IMG/VR virus record: IMGVR_UViG_3300021961_000119 | Span: 1-57,130 of that record | Direction: 5' to 3' (one strand) | Source of the DNA: a virus | Taxonomy: Duplodnaviria > Caudoviricetes | Length of the DNA stretch: 57,130 nt | Shown: positions 33,255-42,861 of the stretch, piece by piece | Layout of the letters: each line of letters starts with the position of its first letter | How positions within the stretch are numbered: the first letter of the stretch is position 1 | Position numbers and translations under genes: made by a program | The notes under the pieces: model-generated | The model's database searches: none | Told to the model about the DNA's origin: nothing | Seen by the model: the letters and a program-made list of their open reading frames with translations, nothing else

Positions 33255-35195
33255 TTATGCGATTGCTAAGAAGATGTATGTTGCACCGCTTTCATTAGCG
33301 TTAGTTGCGGCTACTTCGTTAACAACAAACCCAGTGCTGTTTGTGTCAACGCTATCATTTGAAGTAACCTCGCCATCCGATAAATTCAATGCAAAATACG
33401 GGTCGTTACCACTCACAATACCTCGTGCGCTGTCCCACAAATTCCAGTTACCCGTTCCGCTTGATTTCCTAATAAGCACAAACCTAGCACCGCTTGTGAA
33501 ACCGCAGTTGATTGTTTGTGAGCCGCCGTTACCTGTGTAGCTTCCTACTTTGGAAACACCTGCAAGGGTTGCAAATAGGTAGGCAACAAAATTTTCACCA
33601 GCGCCATTTACTGAAGAGCTAGAACCAAGTGAGAACACGGATGATGTTGGAGTTGCATTATTCCAAATTCCTGAATCTGTTGTTGCTGCATCAGTATTGT
33701 TTAGGTTTAAATATTTTGTATTCCCAACACCAGAAACATAAACAAACCAATTTCGGTTAATTGAACGATCTTTGACAATCATTAGTTCTGGAACAGCCGC
33801 TAGATTGTGCGTTATTGTTCTAGCTGTGTCGGTACCTGTGTAGCAAACCACGTCGTGGAAACTAGGCGCGCGCCCAAACGAATACGTCCTGTAGGTATAG
33901 GCGCTACTATTGATGTTAATACCACCTGCGGCGTTGTATCCAACAATTGGGCCTGTATTGCTATCAAATCGGCAGTACAAACTAGAAGTGGCTTCCGCAT
34001 TAGTCAATGATGTGTAAAGTTGTAAATCTTTGCCTCTTAAACGATCTACAAAAGGCGAAGTATCACCAATAGATCTTTTACCTAAAAATGTGTCTGTTAC
34101 AAAACCAGCGGTCAGTTGTCTGCTTGTTGAATCATTACCTGTAAAGTACAAAGGCGTAAACACACTTGTACCCGCAGTAGGCACTTTCATCGGGCCACGA
34201 CGGATGGCTATGTAGATGTAAGTTTGACTCGTATTCCTCATGTTATTGGTATTAAAACCTTGAGAAGCAATTGTGATTGGGTTGTCATTTGTTTCCCCGT
34301 CACTTGTGTTGGCTTCTAAAACGGCTGAATTATTTGTGGCAGTAAAACCTCTCATGTTGTCTATCATTTTCCAATCGTTGGCTGACCCTCCCGATCCACT
34401 AGTTACGTTTTTTATTAATATCCATTGCGGCTCATATCCAATATTTATTAATCTAGTTGTTCCATCACCTACATAAGACCCACACGAAATCACATTGTCT
34501 GTACCAGTTAGGCCAAAACCTCCTGCATCGTTGGCAAATATATAAAGAATGTATGTATACCCAGCACTGCACATGGCTTGTTCGTTAATGCCAAGCGTGG
34601 TAGACGTTGGTGCTGTTCCCCAACGATTGCTTCCGGAACCCGCCGAGCCATCTAAATTTAAGTTAATCGACGCATTTAAACCAAGGCTTGTGTGATAGCA
34701 ATCCCAGTTTGCCCCATTAATTGTTATTGACTTTAAAATCCAAAAACCGGGAACAGAATCAAGCGAGTGTGAAATACGCCTGTTTGTGTTTGTTCCTGCG
34801 GTGAAAGTCACAACATCAAAGAACTTTGGTTGCTTGCGGAATGTCCATGAAACAAAGTTGCCTGATGAACTATTTATTTGCGACCAAGAGCCTGTTGTAT
34901 ACCCATTTGAATTAAATGCAGTTATGCCCTGAGTTTCTGTTGCTTCCGCGTCAGTACTATTTGAGCATAGTGTTTTTTGAACACCTCTAGTGGTATCAAA
35001 TAAATTATGTATAAAACTACTAGTTCTATATTTTGACCAAACCAACCCACCCTTGGTAGATAAGTCAATACCGTTGGTGATGGTCTGTGTAGAACTATTA
35101 CCCGCGTAAAGCCAAGTTTTGAACACATCTTCAATGTAAACAGGGGCGGCTCCACCCGCGCCTTCGCCTAACAATAGTTGCTGTGATGAACTCAT
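33255..35195 (-). CDS. Tail-associated repeat protein (646 aa), putative receptor-binding
   Basis: Repeated YTGxG...HxLxxVP/G.F.P beta modules; visibly AT-richer DNA. Confidence 0.65.
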   Translation of the reverse strand: MSSSQQLLLGEGAGGAAPVYIEDVFKTWLYAGNSSTQTITNGIDLSTKGGLVWSKYRTSSFIHNLFDTTRGVQKTLCSNSTDAEATETQGITAFNSNGYTTGSWSQINSSSGNFVSWTFRKQPKFFDVVTFTAGTNTNRRISHSLDSVPGFWILKSITINGANWDCYHTSLGLNASINLNLDGSAGSGSNRWGTAPTSTTLGINEQAMCSAGYTYILYIFANDAGGFGLTGTDNVISCGSYVGDGTTRLINIGYEPQWILIKNVTSGSGGSANDWKMIDNMRGFTATNNSAVLEANTSDGETNDNPITIASQGFNTNNMRNTSQTYIYIAIRRGPMKVPTAGTSVFTPLYFTGNDSTSRQLTAGFVTDTFLGKRSIGDTSPFVDRLRGKDLQLYTSLTNAEATSSLYCRFDSNTGPIVGYNAAGGININSSAYTYRTYSFGRAPSFHDVVCYTGTDTARTITHNLAAVPELMIVKDRSINRNWFVYVSGVGNTKYLNLNNTDAATTDSGIWNNATPTSSVFSLGSSSSVNGAGENFVAYLFATLAGVSKVGSYTGNGGSQTINCGFTSGARFVLIRKSSGTGNWNLWDSARGIVSGNDPYFALNLSDGEVTSNDSVDTNSTGFVVNEVAATNANESGATYIFLAIA

Positions 35196-35196
35196 A

Positions 35197-36972
35197 TTAG
35201 GTCACATTTCCTGAAACAACACACAAGGTGCTGGTGATGAACAGTACAGTTGCTACACCTGCCGCCGCCAAGGTCATCGTGGCTTTGTCAGTGAATGTGC
35301 CTGCAATGTACGCCGTTGTGATTGAGCAAGTGATTGTTGCTGTACTAGCGGTGTTGTTGAAGATGGTGATAACGTCACCAGCCGCAAACGTAGCATCAGG
35401 AATCACAATCGCACCGCTTGCGCCAAGTAAGATGTACTCACCAACATCGGTTGTGGCTAGTGTGTAGGAGCTTGTCTTGGAAGAGCCTGACTGCGGAACG
35501 GCTCTGAGTTTTCCTGCGGCATCGTACCAATCCGTGCCGTTGTTGTACATCCGTGGATTCCCATCTCCATCAGACAGCACGATGTAGTTGTTTGCAGTGC
35601 GGATGTCGAGGCCACCTTGGTTGCCGTTGTAGCGACCGAGGATGGTGTTGTTGTTGCCTGTGGTAACTAGAGACCCCGCACCAACACCAATAAATGTTTC
35701 GCTTCCACCAGTAGTTACAGCAGTTCCTGCCAAATAACCAAAAAATGCGTTACCAGAACCCGTTGTGTTTGCGTACCCCGCTTGATAACCTACAGCAGTG
35801 TTGTAGGATGCTGTGGTGTTGGCCCCAAGGGCGCTTGTTCCGAAAGCCACGTTATACGAGCCAGTGGTGTTGGCTCCCATGACCGCGTAACCAAAAGCGG
35901 CGTTGTGCTGTCCTGTGGAGTTGGTGTACAGCGCCGTGCGACCCATCGCCGTGTTGTAGTTACCCGTGGTGTTGGAGTACAACGCCCCATAGCCCACCGC
36001 AGTAAGTTCCGCGCCCGTAGTATTTGAATACCCCGCCTGATAACCTACAGCGGTGTTGTAAGAGGCTGTGGTGTTGGAATAGAGTGCTGTTTCACCAATA
36101 GCCGTGTTTGAATCACCAGTAGTGTTTGTGTATAAAGCCGCACGACCAACCGCAACTACAGAAGAACCTGTTGTTAATGCTTGTGCGGAATCTTTACCAA
36201 CCGCCGTGTTGTTGTTGCCAGTAGTTACACCCTTTAAAGCGCCATATCCAACTGCGGCATGACCAGTCCCTGTTGTGTTTGCATACCCCGCCTGATAACC
36301 CACAGCAGTATTGTTAGATGATGTGGTGTTGGAGTAAAGTGATGACTCGCCCAATGCAATGTTATAACTGCCAGTCGTATTGGAATACAAAGCCTGATAA
36401 CCAATACCAGAATTTGACGTTCCAGTAGTGTTTAAAACAAGAGAAGCAAAACCAAAAGCGTTGTTGTAGTTTCCTGTTGTATTGGTGTAAAGCGCACGAT
36501 AGCCAACAGCACTATTTCTGTCGCCAGTTGTGTTTACTTTAAGCGCATCACCTCCAAATGCCACACTTAATGCACCAGTAGTATTAGCCGCCAAAGCACT
36601 AGCACCTACCGCAGTATTGGTAGCCACAGCACCCGCACCACGACCAACAGTCAGACCATAAACAGTAGCATCGTTGGTGACTGTTAACCCTAATGTAGCG
36701 AGAACCGTTCCGCTCCATGTCAAGCTGGCAGATGCGCCAAACGCACCGCTGTTGTTAAACTGAATCTGTGTGTTAGACCCTGCTGGCGTTGTAGGCGTAG
36801 TTGCGGCATTAGATGCCAACAGCTTTACCGTGCCAGCGGAGTTCTTAAAGTACAGCTTCTCGTCAACTGTGTTGAGCGCCAACTCACCAGCGACCAAATT
36901 GCCAGCAGAGGGAACAGCAGAAGCTGTTGTGCTGTAGTACAGCGATATAGGTGTGAAGTTAGTCGCCGCCAT
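35197..36972 (-). CDS. Tail fibre with 14-residue NTTGxxNTAVGxxA repeats (YadA-head-like beta-roll)
   Basis: GELALN..D.KLYFK N-terminal fibre domain and a long run of 14-aa repeats. Confidence 0.75.
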   Translation of the reverse strand: MAATNFTPISLYYSTTASAVPSAGNLVAGELALNTVDEKLYFKNSAGTVKLLASNAATTPTTPAGSNTQIQFNNSGAFGASASLTWSGTVLATLGLTVTNDATVYGLTVGRGAGAVATNTAVGASALAANTTGALSVAFGGDALKVNTTGDRNSAVGYRALYTNTTGNYNNAFGFASLVLNTTGTSNSGIGYQALYSNTTGSYNIALGESSLYSNTTSSNNTAVGYQAGYANTTGTGHAAVGYGALKGVTTGNNNTAVGKDSAQALTTGSSVVAVGRAALYTNTTGDSNTAIGETALYSNTTASYNTAVGYQAGYSNTTGAELTAVGYGALYSNTTGNYNTAMGRTALYTNSTGQHNAAFGYAVMGANTTGSYNVAFGTSALGANTTASYNTAVGYQAGYANTTGSGNAFFGYLAGTAVTTGGSETFIGVGAGSLVTTGNNNTILGRYNGNQGGLDIRTANNYIVLSDGDGNPRMYNNGTDWYDAAGKLRAVPQSGSSKTSSYTLATTDVGEYILLGASGAIVIPDATFAAGDVITIFNNTASTATITCSITTAYIAGTFTDKATMTLAAAGVATVLFITSTLCVVSGNVT

Positions 36973-39398
36973 TAGAAGGTTCCTCCGAAGATGCCAGTCG
37001 TGGCATTCAATGTTGTAAATGCGCCAGTTGATACGGTTGTTGCACCAATCGATGTCCCGTTAATCGTCCCACCAGTGATAGCTACAGTACCAGCGTTCTG
37101 CGTGGACATGGTTCCTAAACCAGTGATCGCCGTATTAGGGATTGTGGTGGAGGCTGACATTGCGCTTGTACCGTTACCGTACACGTAGCCAGTCAGTGTC
37201 GTAGCTCCAGTTCCACCGTTTGCAACTGGAAGGGCTGTACCAGAATAAGTGACAGCCAAAGTACCGCTAGTTGTGATGGGGTTACCAGACACCGACAAGA
37301 ACGACGGGACACTCATGTCCACACTTGTCACCGTACCACCGAAAGAAGGTGTCGCAGAGATCGTGATCCCACCAGCACTATTTGAGATGCTAACGTTTGT
37401 TCCTGCTGTCAAGTTAGCTAATGTGTAGCCTGTTCCGTTACCAATAGCCAACTGACCGTTGGTAGGCGTAGCTGTTAAACCTGTACCGCCATAACCAACA
37501 CCAATCGCTGTGCCGTTCCATGTTCCAGCACTCAGCGTACCTACACCTGTGATGCCAGTGTAAGAACCGCTCAAACGAGCTGTTCCTAGCGTTCCTGAGC
37601 TGATATTAGATGCGTTGGTAGTGTCAGTGGTAGCTGAAGCCGCAAGACCTGATACAGCACCTGCCGCAATTGCAATTGATGTGTTGGTGACCAAAGTCAA
37701 TTGACCTTGAGCATTCACAGCAAACACTGGGACTTGTGAGGCAGAGCCGTAGGTAGCCGCGGTGACAGCAGTATTAGCTATGTTGAATGTATAGGCAGGA
37801 GACTCGGTTAAACCAGTGCCTGCTGAATAGACCAAAGGAGCGCCAAACTGTGCAAAGACAATCGCTGTTGTACCTACAGTAATAGGTAGGGGTGTCTGCT
37901 GTACCCAAGACGTATTGGCTTGTGTTGCACCTGCTGTGATCAGGAAGAAGTCACCAGCGTCAATCTTATCTACGCCTGCACCAGCGGTATCAAAGTCTGA
38001 AGCACGAGTTAGGATGTACGGAGCACCAGCAGATCCAGTCTGGGTAACCGTGTACACACCGTTATTCGCCTGCGTAACTTCGTTCTTAACCAAGATACGA
38101 TTGCCAACAACAACAGCCACACTATCAACGCTCAAAGCACCATTTGCATTTGCGGTTAACGTAGCACCAACACCAGAAGCTCCGTTGTTGTACGTGTTAG
38201 CCGCCAAAGCTGTAGTCGTTGCTAAACGGCAAGACTGGTGGAAGTTAATACCAGACGCAATAGCATCAGCATAGTCTTTGTTGACAATGTCATTACCAGT
38301 TGTTGGTATAGTGGTGATTGTTCCAGTGGTCATTGCCACATTGGTAAACGTACCAGCCGCCGCAGTTCCTGCGCCAATGGTCGTACTGTTGATTGTGCTA
38401 CCAGTAATAGCAACACCAGAAGCTGTACCGCCTGTAATTGCAACAGCAGAAGCATTTTGGGTGGACATTGTCCCTAACCCAGTAATGTCAGTATTTGGAA
38501 TAGTCGCGCTGGCAGTCATGGCTGAAGTACCAGCACCCTTGACATAACCAGTCAAAGTTCCAGCGCCAGTTCCGCCATTGGCTACGTTGAGAACACCCCC
38601 GAGTGTGACAGCACCAGCGGTCGCGCTGGATGGCGATAACCCGGTCGTACCAGCGCTAAATGTAGATACGCCGCCAGCTAAACTGAACGCGTTCCAAGCA
38701 CCGTTAGCGAAACCCTCGAATACTTGAGTGTCGATATTGTAGCGAATCTGACCAGTCGCGCCCGCAGGGGTCTGGGCAGTCGTACCATTGGGGACAACAA
38801 CGCCACCGGTGCCGGGCAATACCGCGTCATCCGCTATGCTAAATACCGGGGCACTCGATGCACCATTAGCATTTGCAATGTTAATCTGGTTCGCAGTACC
38901 AGCCAATGTGCGACCCGAAATCGAAGTACCACCACCAGTAATCGCCAGCATACCCGTACCGGACAGCGCGGCGATTGAGGCCGCAATACCAGTGAGTTGA
39001 AGCGTTGGATTCCCACCAGTGCCGTCAGCATTGGAAACACTTAACCCACTACCCGAAACCGCGATCGAGCGGTTGATAACGGTGTTGCTACTGTCTTTGA
39101 CGATGATTCCGCCGCCAGCGGCGTTGAGACTCGCCGCCGCACCATCGAGCGCGATGCGGTAGAAAGACTGTGCTCCGCCATCAGTCAAAGTGAGTCCGGA
39201 CGCGGTAGACAGGTAGCGGCTATTGGCCAGCGTCGCTTCCTGATTCTTCGTCAGGAAAGTCTGGGTCTGACTGGGGGAAGCCGAAATCGCGCCGGTCGTC
39301 GTCTGAACCGTCACACCATTTTGAACAATCGGGACCGCCTCAGTACCTGTAATCGCACCGGCGGCTGGTAGTTGGGTAATGGCTACTTGTGCTGACAT
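36972..39398 (-). CDS. Tail fibre protein (808 aa)
   Basis: Gly/Thr/Ala-rich; GQIRYN..FEG, LxVANGGTG repeats, RILVKN..NGVY domain. Confidence 0.75.
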   Translation of the reverse strand: MSAQVAITQLPAAGAITGTEAVPIVQNGVTVQTTTGAISASPSQTQTFLTKNQEATLANSRYLSTASGLTLTDGGAQSFYRIALDGAAASLNAAGGGIIVKDSSNTVINRSIAVSGSGLSVSNADGTGGNPTLQLTGIAASIAALSGTGMLAITGGGTSISGRTLAGTANQINIANANGASSAPVFSIADDAVLPGTGGVVVPNGTTAQTPAGATGQIRYNIDTQVFEGFANGAWNAFSLAGGVSTFSAGTTGLSPSSATAGAVTLGGVLNVANGGTGAGTLTGYVKGAGTSAMTASATIPNTDITGLGTMSTQNASAVAITGGTASGVAITGSTINSTTIGAGTAAAGTFTNVAMTTGTITTIPTTGNDIVNKDYADAIASGINFHQSCRLATTTALAANTYNNGASGVGATLTANANGALSVDSVAVVVGNRILVKNEVTQANNGVYTVTQTGSAGAPYILTRASDFDTAGAGVDKIDAGDFFLITAGATQANTSWVQQTPLPITVGTTAIVFAQFGAPLVYSAGTGLTESPAYTFNIANTAVTAATYGSASQVPVFAVNAQGQLTLVTNTSIAIAAGAVSGLAASATTDTTNASNISSGTLGTARLSGSYTGITGVGTLSAGTWNGTAIGVGYGGTGLTATPTNGQLAIGNGTGYTLANLTAGTNVSISNSAGGITISATPSFGGTVTSVDMSVPSFLSVSGNPITTSGTLAVTYSGTALPVANGGTGATTLTGYVYGNGTSAMSASTTIPNTAITGLGTMSTQNAGTVAITGGTINGTSIGATTVSTGAFTTLNATTGIFGGTF

Positions 39399-39772
39399 TA
39401 TGTACTCGTATTGTTAGGTGGACTCGGAGCGATAGTGTCCCGATTACCATTGGTGGACGGCGTTTGCGTGTTCCCCTCGGTCGAGATTTGGAACTGGCTG
39501 GAGCCATCCATTGACTGGCTACCAGTCATCAGGTAATTATCATTCGCCGCAACGCTCACGTCCGGACGGGGGAAGCGCAGGTTAATGCGCTCGGTCTTGC
39601 GGGCGGGCAGACGGTACGGGTCAAATTGATCCCGGCACCCAGTATCGCACACCCGGAGTCCGGGAAAATTGGGATCAGGACCAAGTCGAACGAATGCGTA
39701 CTTCATCTTGCACCGGTCGCACACACCAATAGCGACCGAGGTCAGTCCGGTGGTGTCGAGAAAGAGTGGCAT
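39398..39772 (-). CDS. Hypothetical virion-module protein with CDRC...C..C motif
   Basis: Stop/start overlaps with both neighbours. Confidence 0.7.
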   Translation of the reverse strand: MPLFLDTTGLTSVAIGVCDRCKMKYAFVRLGPDPNFPGLRVCDTGCRDQFDPYRLPARKTERINLRFPRPDVSVAANDNYLMTGSQSMDGSSQFQISTEGNTQTPSTNGNRDTIAPSPPNNTST

Positions 39773-40845
39773 TACGTCGTGTACACCGAAATATTCGGTG
39801 CCCAGTAAATTGGGGACTTGTCACGCTCTTCCTGCTCGGCGTCATTAAAATTCCGGTCAGCTTGGCCTTCAAGGTATTTAACGCGATCAAGCGGGACGGC
39901 GGGGAGGATCAGCGACATCCGGTGCGCAAGCATTGACTCCACCGCGAGGAGCCAGCGATCGGGGATCGCGAGTTCGCCCGAGAGTCCTCCGATGTCCTCG
40001 ATTTGTGCCGAGTACCAGACCGTCATCTGAATGAAGGGGTCCGAGGGTACTGGCCACAGGTAGATCGTAGGGACCGGGATAGTACGGTCGAACCAGAACT
40101 GGTAGGGTTGGTTCGCCGTAAAATTCTTATTAGGTAAGTTCGTGTAATCGTCACGGTTCAGGCGGGCCATCTGAATCTCTCGGCTATTATTACCAAGGTA
40201 GAATTCACGAAGCGCAAGCGTAGTACCTCCGGAGGCCCGGACGCGGTATGCGATCACATTCTGCCCGGGGTCAATGTCGGTCCAGACCCATTCGTTGTCC
40301 GTCACGACTATCGAGCCGAGGCTGTCGAGGGTGTTCCACGTGGAACCATCCACGGAGTATTCGTACGTTATTGTCCAAGTGGCACTGCCACCACCACTAA
40401 CATATGGCAAAATACCAATAGAGCCAATGTAGACAGGATTGCTAGCACCATAGTTAACAGATATGTTACCATTGGCCGATGTCTGCTGACAAAACGTGCT
40501 AGTGTCGCCATCGTATACATTTGCTACCGTTCCTCCAGCAGAAGTCGTGTAGCTTCCGGAAGGCCTTTCCATCTGTCGGTACAGCACGTTCAGGGCGTCG
40601 TTGGACCCCACGGGCATGTTATAGATATACTGGTCGGCATTCAGCCCGATCACGGTCTTCTTGATCGCGAAATACTGGATGCCCTTGTTGATTATGGACG
40701 AGAGGACGTAGAAGAGATTACGCTTCGACGATTGCACCTGCTCCACCGTAAGCTCTTCGGCGAGCTTTCCCGAAGCTCGAGCCGCGTCGTCAATCAGGTT
40801 CTGTACGCTGACTGTCGTTAATCCTACTGTCCCAGATGTTGCCAT
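39772..40845 (-). CDS. Putative head-completion/adaptor protein with inserted discoidin-like domain
   Basis: MATSGT start, DYTNLPNK...PYQFWFDR..YLWPVP; central DGD...EYSVDGSTW insert. Confidence 0.6.
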   Translation of the reverse strand: MATSGTVGLTTVSVQNLIDDAARASGKLAEELTVEQVQSSKRNLFYVLSSIINKGIQYFAIKKTVIGLNADQYIYNMPVGSNDALNVLYRQMERPSGSYTTSAGGTVANVYDGDTSTFCQQTSANGNISVNYGASNPVYIGSIGILPYVSGGGSATWTITYEYSVDGSTWNTLDSLGSIVVTDNEWVWTDIDPGQNVIAYRVRASGGTTLALREFYLGNNSREIQMARLNRDDYTNLPNKNFTANQPYQFWFDRTIPVPTIYLWPVPSDPFIQMTVWYSAQIEDIGGLSGELAIPDRWLLAVESMLAHRMSLILPAVPLDRVKYLEGQADRNFNDAEQEERDKSPIYWAPNISVYTT

Positions 40846-40848
40846 TTA

Positions 40849-41265
40849 TTACCACCCCGGGCAATTCCAACGTTTAAGCGATGCGGCTTTCCGGGTCGGA
40901 CGCCCTTGATCGTCCTTCAGTGGCCCCGGATTGCCCTCCATCCTAGCGCAAAATGAATCTCGACGGGGTCCCCCTTGGGGTTGTGGAGCTTTCAAGTTAC
41001 TACCAGTTTCCCGATTATACTTTGCCCGACCCCTCTTTGTCAATCCTGCGCCTTTTTCGACCGGAAGCTTTTCACCCCGGCCAATAGAGAGTGCCACGCC
41101 GCCTTCAGCTTTTCGAGTAGGGAGTTTAGCATAGGATTTACCTTTTACGTTACTGGAAGTGTACTCAGCCGCTTGAGACTGAGACATTCCGATTTTCTTG
41201 GCAAGTCCCGGATTGTGCTCGATCGCTTTCATCAAGCGAAATTGGGCTTTGGACTTGGCGGGCAT
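40849..41265 (-). CDS. Basic protein, DUF6321-like
   Basis: MPAKSKAQFRLM; GLTKRGRAKYNRETGSNLKAP...SFCARM. Confidence 0.7.
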   Translation of the reverse strand: MPAKSKAQFRLMKAIEHNPGLAKKIGMSQSQAAEYTSSNVKGKSYAKLPTRKAEGGVALSIGRGEKLPVEKGAGLTKRGRAKYNRETGSNLKAPQPQGGPRRDSFCARMEGNPGPLKDDQGRPTRKAASLKRWNCPGW

Positions 41266-41267
41266 AA

Positions 41268-41552
41268 TCAGCCGCAGAATATAGTCACAGCCGCCGCTGT
41301 CGGCAACGTAACATGTATGTTCGTGGTAAAACGTATTCCGTTGCCGGGCAACAGGGTCGAAAATGGGTTCGTAGGTGTGGCTGAGATGTTGACCCGCAGA
41401 CGAACAGTGCCGGACGCTCCGCCATCGCGAAACACGATTTCGCCAGCAGTGCCACCAGTCAATAACTGATACCCGGCAAGATTAGTCGCGCCAGCGTAAA
41501 TTACGCCCGTTGTATCTCTGTGTTCCGAAAATATGTTCGTTAGAGTGCTCAT
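41268..41552 (-). CDS. Small structural protein (94 aa)
   Basis: LPGNGIRF motif; head gene block. Confidence 0.7.
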   Translation of the reverse strand: MSTLTNIFSEHRDTTGVIYAGATNLAGYQLLTGGTAGEIVFRDGGASGTVRLRVNISATPTNPFSTLLPGNGIRFTTNIHVTLPTAAAVTIFCG

Positions 41553-41564
41553 GATAATTCCAGT

Positions 41565-41590
41565 AAAAGGACGGGAGCCGAAGCCCCCGC
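41565..41590 (-). terminator. Intrinsic terminator
   Basis: GCGGGGGC-TTCG-GCTCCCGT followed by CCTTTT. Confidence 0.6.
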
Positions 41591-41595
41591 CTTAC

Positions 41596-42354
41596 TTAAC
41601 AGACCCGACCACCCTTTTTGAACGTTCCCGAAAGTTCGGAAATCGCTACTGGGGAACTCGGAGCTTTCTTTGGCATTGCTACGGCGCGGCCGGTATCAAC
41701 TACGCCCCCCGTAGCAAAATGCTTTTTTGCGGCACCGCCTTTTTTGTAGCCGCCAGCGTTGCCCATCTTGACGTCACCAGTAGGCGCTGAATTGTTGTCA
41801 GGTGTAGCACCCACAACCTTCGTCGTCTTATTAGTCATCGTCTTGATGATGCCACTTGCGGGTACTGAGCCACCCTTTTTGAAGCCGCCTTGACCATCTA
41901 CAACGCCGCCAGTCTTGTAACCGCCGGGTTTCGTGGACTTGGCGATGCCACCAGTCTTCAAGCCCTTATGAGCCTTGGACGCTGGCATGCTTTCATGCTT
42001 CTCCAACTCGGCTTCTACGCCGCCACCCTTCTTCATCATGGGGCGACCCATGGGCATTGCGGCTGGCATTGGAGGACGAGTAGGTGCGGGCATTCCGCGA
42101 GTAGGAGGAGTGGGTTTCGTGGCCATACGCTTAGCGGCCATCGCGCGTGCGGCAACGGGGTTACCCATTGGCATCGCGGATGAACCGGCTAAACTGCCCA
42201 TAGCTCCACCATCCATCTTCTTCACGGGCTTGTGGCCCATTTTAGCACCCTCGGCGTGCATACGCTTATGAGTGGCAGAACCGCCCGTCTTCAGCTTTAA
42301 TTCAACTGAAGGCTCGGTGGTCATCATCTTCACCATTGGTTTAAATTCACCCAT
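41596..42354 (-). CDS. Basic low-complexity protein with ~9 hydrophobic-x-x-GG repeats
   Basis: Lys/Gly/Met/Pro-rich; LKTGG, MKKGG, YKTGG, FKKGG, YKKGG, FATGG. Confidence 0.75.
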   Translation of the reverse strand: MGEFKPMVKMMTTEPSVELKLKTGGSATHKRMHAEGAKMGHKPVKKMDGGAMGSLAGSSAMPMGNPVAARAMAAKRMATKPTPPTRGMPAPTRPPMPAAMPMGRPMMKKGGGVEAELEKHESMPASKAHKGLKTGGIAKSTKPGGYKTGGVVDGQGGFKKGGSVPASGIIKTMTNKTTKVVGATPDNNSAPTGDVKMGNAGGYKKGGAAKKHFATGGVVDTGRAVAMPKKAPSSPVAISELSGTFKKGGRVC

Positions 42355-42365
42355 GATGCTACTCC

Positions 42366-42815
42366 TCAGATTTTCTGTGAGTAAACCACTGTCAGGCGAT
42401 AAACGCCTTGAGTCGTGGAGATAGTACCGTCTGGATCAACAGTGATAACGACGTTTTGGCTGGTGCCAATGTCGGACATCGCAGTCAATTGTGCGGCTGT
42501 AAAGCTCAGCGCAATACGACCACCAGCGAACACATCAGTCGAGGACACGTACTGTGTACCTGCGGCGGCTGTGCCGATAGTCATCGCAATAGCTGTGGCC
42601 GTACCACCACCCACCACCTCATTAGTCACAGTATCGACCATGAAATCGATGATTTGTGACGATGCGGGCAGAGTGAGGGTCGCACTGGTTGCAGTACCAG
42701 CGGCGGCTGTAGTAACGGTGGTCGTTTGGCTCAGAACCGTGAAACCGCCATCGACGGTATCAGTTAAAGCTGTGGAACCTGCGCGTACAGTAGAACCAAA
42801 ATAAGTTTGTGCCAT
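42366..42815 (-). CDS. Putative capsid decoration/minor head protein (149 aa)
   Basis: beta-rich, follows the major capsid gene, strong AGGAG RBS. Confidence 0.6.
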   Translation of the reverse strand: MAQTYFGSTVRAGSTALTDTVDGGFTVLSQTTTVTTAAAGTATSATLTLPASSQIIDFMVDTVTNEVVGGGTATAIAMTIGTAAAGTQYVSSTDVFAGGRIALSFTAAQLTAMSDIGTSQNVVITVDPDGTISTTQGVYRLTVVYSQKI

Positions 42816-42861
42816 TGTCTTTTCTCCTTAATGGAGCAGGGGGCGAACCCCCCACTGTTGA

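Noticed and set aside
33255-39398. Diversity-generating retroelement acting on tail fibres
   Set aside because: No reverse transcriptase and no template/variable repeat pair seen
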